Source: an uncultured Candidatus Saccharibacteria bacterium (GTDB lineage: Bacteria; Patescibacteriota; Saccharimonadia; Saccharimonadales; EFPC-124). Taken from it: a DNA stretch of 64,000 nucleotides. This document shows positions 52,593 through 59,519 of this stretch, one piece after another (positions within the stretch are counted from its first letter, which is position 1; the number at the start of each line of letters is the position of its first letter). Position numbers and translations under genes: made by a program. The notes under the pieces are model-generated. The model had not been told where the DNA came from, did no database searches, and saw nothing but the letters and a program-made list of their open reading frames with translations. The stretch lies in the NCBI GenBank assembly GCA_964550035.1, contig CAZJVU010000003.1:1383-65382 (forward strand), in the 5' to 3' direction.

Positions 52593-53030
52593 ATGAACCA
52601 ATCGACCGAAACCGCACTCTTTGCTCTTGGCAACTTTTGGGAGCCCGAATACGAATTCACAAAGCTCCGCGGAGTTGTCCACGTCGAGTCTGGCTACACT
52701 GGCGGCACAACAGCAAACCCGACATATCACGACATCGGCGACCACTCCGAGGCCGTGCAGATCGAATTTAATCCCCACACCATCAGCTACGAGCAGTTGC
52801 TTGATAAGTTCTGGAACCTGCATGATCCGACTGCAGAGTATGAGAACCGCTTCCGCTCGGTTATCTTCTACCTCGACGAGCAGCAGCGCGAGCTGGCCGA
52901 GGAGAGCAAAAAGGCCGAGCAAGAAAGGTACGATGACCCGATCGCGACCGAAATATTGCCAGCCACTAAGTTCTTTGCGGCGGAAGCATACAATCAAGAC
53001 TACCTCGCACGGCTTCGCGGAGAAATTTAA
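52593..53030 (+). CDS. MsrA-like protein lacking the canonical catalytic cysteine
   Basis: ALFALGNFWEPE occupies the position of the canonical GCFW motif. Also contains GYTGGTTANPTYHDI, HSEAVQIEFNP and FWNLHDPT. Confidence 0.7.
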   Translation: MNQSTETALFALGNFWEPEYEFTKLRGVVHVESGYTGGTTANPTYHDIGDHSEAVQIEFNPHTISYEQLLDKFWNLHDPTAEYENRFRSVIFYLDEQQRELAEESKKAEQERYDDPIATEILPATKFFAAEAYNQDYLARLRGEI

Positions 53031-53067
53031 GGCAAAGGTACCCCAGCGTGCGCCGAGGTATCTTATA

Positions 53068-53096
53068 TTGACAATACCTGCATATTATGTTAGGAT
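53068..53096 (+). promoter_or_regulatory. Candidate promoter for ORF V (TTGACA-N17-TAGGAT)
   Basis: The -35 box sits in the loop of the 6-bp inverted repeat AGGTAT/ATACCT. A second TTGACA at 53144-53149 sits inside the inverted repeat CACTTT/AAAGTG. Confidence 0.4.
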
Positions 53097-53270
53097 ATTA
53101 TAGTTCATTTGAATGTTGAGGTAACTCCATTCAAGAGAGCACTTTGACAAAAGAAAGTGTGTCTACCTCATAGTCGTACCCTGCTCCATTGAGATTGGAT
53201 GCCTGAGCTTTACTTGGAAGCCAGACACCCGATCTCAAGCCGGAGTACGGGAACAACCAGAGGAGAAATC

Positions 53271-53705
53271 ATGGCCGACAAGACCCCCGCCGAGATCATC
53301 GAGTCCGCCGTCAAGATGGACAAGAGGGTCACCGACATGGAGCGCCAGCTCGCCGCGACGCGCGAGGTCTTCCCGTGGGAGCTCATCGCCGCCGTCAACA
53401 CCGGCGAGCTGGACCCGAAGAACGAGGACCACGCCGCGCTGATGCACAAGTTCGTGCACGCCATCACCACCCCCGAGTCCGACTACTACAAGCTCTACCG
53501 CAAGGACAGCAAGTCGGGCTTCGAGATGAGCATGAAGTTGGCCGCCGAGGCCATCCTCAAGTTCTACGGCCTGCACAACGACCAGAAGCCCAAGCAGGCC
53601 GCCTACAAGTTCTTCCTGCAGGTGAGCACCACGGAGGTCTACCGCGTCATCGTCACGATGAGCGAGGACATCCCGGTGATCAAGAAGGAGGAGCTGACGC
53701 TGTGA
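53271..53705 (+). CDS. Cassette ORF V: hypothetical protein (144 aa)
   Basis: GAGGAG lies 5 nt before the ATG at 53271. GC3-rich. The leader is long (~170 nt). Confidence 0.65.
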   Translation: MADKTPAEIIESAVKMDKRVTDMERQLAATREVFPWELIAAVNTGELDPKNEDHAALMHKFVHAITTPESDYYKLYRKDSKSGFEMSMKLAAEAILKFYGLHNDQKPKQAAYKFFLQVSTTEVYRVIVTMSEDIPVIKKEELTL

Positions 53706-53858
53706 TTGCAGCGCGCTGCGGCGGTTGGACGATGCCTGGCCTTCGGGTCAACATCGGTGAACTCAACGGAGTTCTTTACCAGCCGCCACCGTTGCTTCGG
53801 TGCTCGGCTTCTACCCCACAGACCACTTTCTTTTGTCGCCCCCCAAGATTTACCGTTG

Positions 53859-53875
53859 ATTTGTAAGTTACAAAT
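53859..53875. promoter_or_regulatory. 17-bp perfect palindrome
   Basis: ATTTGTAA-g-TTACAAAT, located in the 270-nt non-coding tail between ORF V and rmuC. Confidence 0.3.
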
Positions 53876-53974
53876 TATTGGCAAGTTTTGGACACGGCGA
53901 GGCGAACGGAATGAGCTGTTTGCGAATGAAGAGTTTTCTGGACAGATGTGTGCCGATTCGGCGACTACATGAAG

Positions 53975-55066
53975 CTACTCGTCGGCGAGTGGTCGCTCCA
54001 GTGGCGTTACTTCCTCGATAACTGGCTGCGAACGGGCGATCTTCACGACATCTTTGTCGACTTTCTTGAGCTCTCTGCTCGCGTTATTGAAATGTCCAAC
54101 CGTCGTGCCGAGGCTCGCACCGAGCTTCATCATAAACGTATTGTACGTCTCCAGATGCCGGCCCAGCTGGCCCACTCGCACCTGGATATCCTTGGCCTGC
54201 TCCTCGATCTGCAAACTACGCAAACCCTGGAGCACGGTCTGTAGATACGCCATAAACGACGTCGGCGACACGATAATCACGTGCTTGTCGCGGAAGGCGT
54301 ATTCGATGAGATCGCGCGTGCTGCCGGTGATACCACCCACTTTACCCGTTAGCAGGTCATAATAAATCGCTTCACTCGGGATAAACATAAAGGCAAAGTC
54401 CATCGTGTCTTCGTGCGGACGGATATATTTGCTGGTCTCATCGATGCGATTCTTTAGATCGGTGCGGATGAGCTTGGCGAGCGCCTCCCGCTTAAGCTTG
54501 TCAGGCTCTTCGACAAAACGATTATAGTTCTCGAGGCTAAACTTCGAGTCGATCGGCAAGACCTTGCCTTTCTCCAGAAAAATCACCGCATCCACAATCT
54601 CGCCATCGCTGAACTTGTACTGCGCCTGAAAACGGTCTGGCGGCAGCACGTTCTGAAGCACGGTCTGCAGATAATATTCGCCCAGCACGCCGCGCTGCTT
54701 TGGATTTTGCAGTACGTTCTGGAGGAGTTTTAGCTCATCGGCAACGTCAACGACGCGTTTGTTTGTCTCGTCGAGCTTTGTCAGGCGCTGCGTGACTTCG
54801 GTGATCAGCTTGGAGCTTTCGCTAAACTGTTTCATGATAGAGTCGCGCATCATGGTCTGGTTCTTGTCGAGGCGGTCGCTGAGGTGCGTCTTAAGCCCGT
54901 CTTGCAGCTGCGTGATACCATCGGTCAGACTCATCATGTCTTGCTTGAGCATCGCTGCACCGGCATTATCTTTGAGCTCCTTCATTCGTTGGTCGAGGAT
55001 ATACACGACAAAGCCAAACCCCACTACAACCAGCACCAACAGTACAATCAAGATAGTCGTTATCAT
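53975..55066 (-). CDS. rmuC: DNA recombination protein RmuC
   Basis: 363 aa. N-terminal TM helix, a coiled coil and a C-terminal RmuC nuclease-like domain (FAFMFIPSEAIYYD). Confidence 0.85.
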   Translation of the reverse strand: MITTILIVLLVLVVVGFGFVVYILDQRMKELKDNAGAAMLKQDMMSLTDGITQLQDGLKTHLSDRLDKNQTMMRDSIMKQFSESSKLITEVTQRLTKLDETNKRVVDVADELKLLQNVLQNPKQRGVLGEYYLQTVLQNVLPPDRFQAQYKFSDGEIVDAVIFLEKGKVLPIDSKFSLENYNRFVEEPDKLKREALAKLIRTDLKNRIDETSKYIRPHEDTMDFAFMFIPSEAIYYDLLTGKVGGITGSTRDLIEYAFRDKHVIIVSPTSFMAYLQTVLQGLRSLQIEEQAKDIQVRVGQLGRHLETYNTFMMKLGASLGTTVGHFNNASRELKKVDKDVVKIARSQPVIEEVTPLERPLADE

Positions 55067-55093
55067 ATGCCCACCATTATACCTGTTTACGGC

Positions 55094-55621
55094 CTACGCC
55101 AGTAGCGCCCACCTAATAAGCGCAACCGCAAGCACAGCGAGCACGACGCTAAGCGCAAAGTTCTTGAGCCGCATAACCCAGTAGAACAGCAGATACGCCA
55201 GCGCAAAGATCACCCCGGAGCTCAGATAATACTCGATCCCTGAATGCGTAACCGTACTCCCGAGATATCGCTGCAGCCCCCACAGCGCCGCCGCACCAGC
55301 AATAGCCACCAAAAGCGGACGAAAGACCTGCCAGTTTGCCAGCAGCGCAACCCCAACAACCGACAATACAACCGTGGAGATGTAATACGTCGTAAGGTCA
55401 GTACCGCTACAGACAGCAAGCGCGGCTCCTTCACGACAAAAGACCGGCACGATGAGGAACTTCTGAAGCACCCAGCTCAGCGCCGGTATGAACAGCCCGA
55501 CGGCCAACCCCAACAATCCTACGCGCAGAAGATCAATCCACTCTGGCGCAATCAGCAGGTTCGAGTCATCTTCTACGGTTGGAATCTCCGGAACGTTTTC
55601 AGCCATCTCACTAAACCTCAC
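55094..55621 (-). CDS. Multi-pass membrane protein (175 aa)
   Basis: Four or five hydrophobic helices. No family recognised. Confidence 0.55.
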   Translation of the reverse strand: MRFSEMAENVPEIPTVEDDSNLLIAPEWIDLLRVGLLGLAVGLFIPALSWVLQKFLIVPVFCREGAALAVCSGTDLTTYYISTVVLSVVGVALLANWQVFRPLLVAIAGAAALWGLQRYLGSTVTHSGIEYYLSSGVIFALAYLLFYWVMRLKNFALSVVLAVLAVALIRWALLA

Positions 55622-55656
55622 TTACCATATTCTTGCTTATTGTACTAGAAACAAGC

Positions 55657-56154
55657 CTAGCGAGGCAACCGCTCAGTAAACAAGTCGCGCCCATAGACAA
55701 TCGCTGCGGCAACAAGCGCAGCGATAATACCGCCCGCCACATCGATCGGCGTATGCACCAACGCGACCACGCGACCGACTGCAACCAGAATGCTTAAAAC
55801 GAGAAGCGCCGCACTCCACGGCTTGTTCTTTGTGCTCGCCCAGATCACAAGCGTGATACAGAACACGAAAAGCACATGATCAGACGGAAAGCCGGGGTTG
55901 TTCAGATACGCCGCTTTCGGGTGCACGCCCAGAATCATAAACGGCCGCTCCCCTTCCTGATAAAACAAACTCATGATTTTAGCCAGCCACAGCGCGATCA
56001 GTCCCGTAAGTATTCCCTTACTGAGTCTGTCCCACCACACCGTACGTGGCAGTCGCAGCCCCACCCAAGCCGCTATCAGCACAATGGGCACAACCAGCCC
56101 GTCTGCCATGATTCGAATAATAATATCACCGATGTGTTGCATCATACTTAGCAT
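55657..56154 (-). CDS. PAP2-family phosphatase
   Basis: PSDH motif plus GRVVALVHTPIDV (R...H...D). Confidence 0.7.
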   Translation of the reverse strand: MLSMMQHIGDIIIRIMADGLVVPIVLIAAWVGLRLPRTVWWDRLSKGILTGLIALWLAKIMSLFYQEGERPFMILGVHPKAAYLNNPGFPSDHVLFVFCITLVIWASTKNKPWSAALLVLSILVAVGRVVALVHTPIDVAGGIIAALVAAAIVYGRDLFTERLPR

Positions 56155-56227
56155 AGCTCGCGGCCGCGCGATTGCAAGTAAAAAGGCTTGGGTTGCCCGC
56201 CGACATTCTCAGGTATAATAAAGCATT

Positions 56228-57157
56228 ATGGTTCCGTTTTTCGTACTGGCGCTTCGCCGCCTTGGGATTCTGGTCGCCGTTGTAGCGCTAGCATACTTCA
56301 CTGCTTTCGAGCTATTTCCCTTCTTTGATCGACGAGTCCCAGCGCTGTGGGCGGCGCTGATTACCTATAGCTTGATGGCGTACGTTGGCATCCCCGCGGC
56401 GATTCGCATCTTACGGTTTGTGTACAAGCCAAACCACGTGCCGCTCTACACGGCCACCGGTGACGGTTGGGCATCGGACCCAGTCAACATCGCGGTGCTC
56501 GCGCATTCCGAGAAGGATTTTATCTGGGCCATGCAGAAAGCCGGCTGGCACGTCGCAGACAAACCTAGCTGGAAGAACTGCCTCCGTGAAGGCTGGGCAT
56601 TACTGCTGAACCGGCCGTATGTCACTGCGCCATTTAGCAGGCTGTATCTGTTCGGCCGCAGCCAAGACCTCGGGTTCCAGATCCCAGTTGGCAACAGTCC
56701 TCGCCATCGACACCACGTGCGGTTCTGGCGCGTCGACGCTCGCAACAACCCCAACGAATCACCCACATGGAACGAGCACCAAGGATTCTGGCGCGCGCTC
56801 TTCAAGCGCTTCCTGCGTCGCAAATACTCACTGTGGGTTGGCGCGGCTATCTACGATTCGGGGCCTGTTGCTATTCGTTGGCGCAATGGGCAGATCACGC
56901 ACCAGATTCACCCTGACGCAAACTTCGAGCGAGATTTCATCATCGAGTCAATGGAACGCGCCGGTGTGCTGCGTTCACTCGGTGATATAAAGGCCGGCGA
57001 ACCATACCGTGGCCGCGGCCAGGCTATCGGGGTCACGGTTATCAGCGATGGCTTCGTAAAGTTATGCGAGCTCAAACGTCAGATTATCGCACCGCGCAAA
57101 CATACCGTAGAGCACACCGACCCCGTACGTCGCCGACGCACTAAGCGTGGTGCTTGA
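56228..57157 (+). CDS. LssY C-terminal domain membrane protein
   Basis: WASDPVNIAVL...YLFGRSQDLGFQ...RHHVRFW resembles the LssY_C family, from memory. Confidence 0.55.
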   Translation: MVPFFVLALRRLGILVAVVALAYFTAFELFPFFDRRVPALWAALITYSLMAYVGIPAAIRILRFVYKPNHVPLYTATGDGWASDPVNIAVLAHSEKDFIWAMQKAGWHVADKPSWKNCLREGWALLLNRPYVTAPFSRLYLFGRSQDLGFQIPVGNSPRHRHHVRFWRVDARNNPNESPTWNEHQGFWRALFKRFLRRKYSLWVGAAIYDSGPVAIRWRNGQITHQIHPDANFERDFIIESMERAGVLRSLGDIKAGEPYRGRGQAIGVTVISDGFVKLCELKRQIIAPRKHTVEHTDPVRRRRTKRGA

Positions 57158-58217
57158 AGCCTTCGACTTTATCAGGCTTATGCGTGAGGTTGTAGCGCCA
57201 TGAGCTAAAGAATGCAAAACCGATAATCAAGATGCCAATCGAGCCGGTAATTGCTTCGTGCACTTCATATCGTATACCGAGCAGGAGCATGACAGCCAGC
57301 GCGCCGATCGCATAATGCGCACCATGGTCAAGGTAGCGGTACCGCAGAAGCGTGTTGTGACGAACAATATGAATTGTCATAGACCGCACCCACATCGCGC
57401 CCACACCCAGACCAGCAGCAATCAGAATAACCATGTTAGTGATAGCGAATGCGCCGATTACACCGTCAAAGCTAAAGCTCGCATCGAGTAGCTCGAGATA
57501 GAGAAAGTTCACAAATCCTGCGCGCATTATCGTGCGGTGATCAAGCACGCGGTGTTTCAGCTGTTGCTCTTGCTTGAGTTCGAACACTTCGGCAAGGCTA
57601 CGAATTGCGAGGTACATAATAATCCCCAACACACCAGCAATCAGCACCGTAAACTTGTGCTCGCCGCCCAAAAACTCAGTAACAAGCACGAGCGTAGTCA
57701 AGCTCAGAAGTGGCGCAACCTGCCGCAAACGACCAATCTTAGTAAGTGGCTTCTCGATAACGCGTAGCCAGTGAACTTTGCGCCCATGATCCAAGATAAA
57801 CTCCAGAAAGATCATCAGCAGGAAGATACCGCCAAAAGACGCGATGATCGGATGCGCTTCGCCCAGATAGTGCGCGTACTCCTCGGGGTGTTCCAGCGCC
57901 AACCGGACGACGTCGCCCATAGATAGTCCAGCCGTGATCGATACCAGCAGAATCGGCAGCACCAACCGCATACCAAACACCGCGATCACAATGCCAACCG
58001 TCAAGAACATCTTCTGCCAGAACTCCGGCATCTTCTGCAATACCTTGGCATTCACGACGGCGTTGTCGAAACTAAAGGTGATTTCCAGCGCGCTCAGCAC
58101 CAACACGGTGAGAAGCGCCGCCGGTCCACTAAAGAATCCGACGCCAAGGAATACCGCCGCTGTTACCAGGAACGAAAAGGCGTAAATACTCGCGACTGAT
58201 TTACCTTCTTTGCCCAC
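57141..58217 (-). CDS. DUF475 / TerC-related integral membrane protein
   Basis: Repeated FSFDN/FSFDG motifs: EITFSFDNAVVNA and DASFSFDGVIGAF. Confidence 0.65.
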   Translation of the reverse strand: MGKEGKSVASIYAFSFLVTAAVFLGVGFFSGPAALLTVLVLSALEITFSFDNAVVNAKVLQKMPEFWQKMFLTVGIVIAVFGMRLVLPILLVSITAGLSMGDVVRLALEHPEEYAHYLGEAHPIIASFGGIFLLMIFLEFILDHGRKVHWLRVIEKPLTKIGRLRQVAPLLSLTTLVLVTEFLGGEHKFTVLIAGVLGIIMYLAIRSLAEVFELKQEQQLKHRVLDHRTIMRAGFVNFLYLELLDASFSFDGVIGAFAITNMVILIAAGLGVGAMWVRSMTIHIVRHNTLLRYRYLDHGAHYAIGALAVMLLLGIRYEVHEAITGSIGILIIGFAFFSSWRYNLTHKPDKVEGFKHHA

Positions 58218-58220
58218 CGC

Positions 58221-58517
58221 CTACGCTACTTCCACGCCATGCCAAAAGGCAATATAGTTAGTAAAATCTTTGCCGACGCGCTTAATGGAACCGTCTTTTG
58301 GCTCTGGATAGTACCAGGCGGCGTCTTCGTTTGTTTCGCCGTTCACTACCACGTTGTAGTAGCTGGCCTCGCCCTTCCATGGACAGGTTGTGTGTAGCTC
58401 GCTTGGTTCGAAGAACTCTTTGTGGACACTCTCCGGTGGAAAGTAATGATTGCCTTCAATACGGATCGTTTGGTCACTCTCGGCCAAAACCTGGTCGTTC
58501 CAGATCGCTTTTGTCAT
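58221..58517 (-). CDS. DUF427-domain protein
   Basis: ATG at 58517 lies after GAAGGG; the track start is a TTG. Contains IRIEGNHYFPPESV...TTCPWKGEASYY. Confidence 0.7.
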   Translation of the reverse strand: MTKAIWNDQVLAESDQTIRIEGNHYFPPESVHKEFFEPSELHTTCPWKGEASYYNVVVNGETNEDAAWYYPEPKDGSIKRVGKDFTNYIAFWHGVEVA

Positions 58518-58581
58518 GATTGAACCCTTCAATTTACTTATTTTATTGTAGCATCTAGGCCAGTCGTATGTCTGCGGTAAA

Positions 58582-58610
58582 TTGCTTTATTTATACTTAT
58601 ATGTTATAAT
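58582..58610 (+). promoter_or_regulatory. Promoter for the ORF W transcription unit (TTGCTT-N17-TATAAT)
   Basis: Consensus -10 box. It predicts a ~190-nt leader before ORF W. Confidence 0.6.
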
Positions 58611-58647
58611 CTACACATTGTCCTCACCACCTAGGGAGGTGCCAGGC

Positions 58648-58701
58648 ATGAAGTGGTCTTACATCGACTACGGCGTGCACGAGAAAGAGCGATTATCCTA
58701 A
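58648..58701 (+). CDS. 17-codon upstream ORF in the ORF W leader (candidate leader peptide)
   Basis: GGGAGG lies 8 nt before the ATG. The product is MKWSYIDYGVHEKERLS. The SD can pair with an upstream CACCT/CCTC. A stem CGGTCGGG/CCCGACCG follows. Confidence 0.3.
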   Translation: MKWSYIDYGVHEKERLS

Positions 58702-58805
58702 TCGCCTTCCCTCACCCGTACTGAGTAAGACGGTCGGGCTGCGACCTGCAGCGTGTCGGTACGGGGATTCCCCGACCGAGACACACGCAAGCAAGGAGCA
58801 CGGCC

Positions 58806-59453
58806 ATGACCGAGCACAACAACACGTTCACCGCGACCGTGACCTACTGGAACGCCGAGAAGAAGTTCGGCTTCGCCGAGAGCGGCAGCCAGCGGGTCTT
58901 CATCCACCTCAGCAGCAACGTCGAGGTGGATGGGACGCCCGAGCAGCCGACGCTGACCGAGCGCGGCAGCACCCGCGAGCCGCGCTGGTGGCGCGGGTGC
59001 CGTCGGCCCGAGAGCATCGTCGTCAAGGCGAAGCAGGGGCCGAAGGGTCTGAAGGCCATCGCCTGGGGATTCGTCCCGGTGCGGACCTGGCTGGAGGACC
59101 TGCAGCACCGCAAGGCGCTGGAGACCTTCGTCGGCGGACACGTCGAGATCGGCTACAGCAAGCGGCACCACGGCAGCTACGTCCGGAGGAGCCTCGGCAA
59201 GCTGACGGCTCCGCCTCGGCTGACGACCGACCCGTGGGTCCTGCACCTGTCGTACGACGCGTACGACAGCCCCATGCAGGCCTACGGCGAGTTGACCGGC
59301 CGGAAGAACCTGCAGCTCTCGCTGGAAGAGACGCTCTCGGAGAAGTCGCTCCCGTACGGTCGCTACGCGCTGAACGTGCACATCCAGGCCGCTGGCGTGG
59401 ACGAGTGGGCACGCATCGTGTTCTACCCGGCCGGCCAGTGGTACGGCCACTGA
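58806..59453 (+). CDS. Cassette ORF W: cold-shock-domain-like N-terminus with a ~140-aa C-terminal extension (215 aa)
   Basis: AAGGAG lies 7 nt before the ATG. ATVTYWNAEKKFGFAESGSQRVFIHLSS resembles the CspA core (GTVKWFNAEKGFGFI...VFVHFSAI). GC3-rich; 59041-59140 has 68 G+C by hand count. Confidence 0.7.
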   Translation: MTEHNNTFTATVTYWNAEKKFGFAESGSQRVFIHLSSNVEVDGTPEQPTLTERGSTREPRWWRGCRRPESIVVKAKQGPKGLKAIAWGFVPVRTWLEDLQHRKALETFVGGHVEIGYSKRHHGSYVRRSLGKLTAPPRLTTDPWVLHLSYDAYDSPMQAYGELTGRKNLQLSLEETLSEKSLPYGRYALNVHIQAAGVDEWARIVFYPAGQWYGH

Positions 59454-59468
59454 GTTCGCTCGGTGGTA

Positions 59469-59519
59469 GGCTGGTCGTCACTCTCTTCGGAGGGTGGCGG
59501 CCAGCCATATTTTATTTTG
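59469..59519 (+). terminator. Intrinsic terminator after ORF W
   Basis: The 13-bp stem GGCTGGTCGTCAC/GTGGCGGCCAGCC has two G-U pairs on the plus strand only, and is followed by atattttattttg. Confidence 0.7.

Noticed and set aside
45524-53000. Long N-terminal extensions in track ORFs: pheT 930 aa, MazG-like 146 aa, pheS 484 aa, yajQ 187 aa, MIP channel 419 aa, and small membrane protein 132 aa.
   Set aside because: The extensions overlap neighbouring genes or cassette DNA and lack similarity to the families. Internal ATGs reproduce the canonical N-termini. The same trimming was applied to fba, galU, gap, murI, trxB, ppa and the LOG-like gene.
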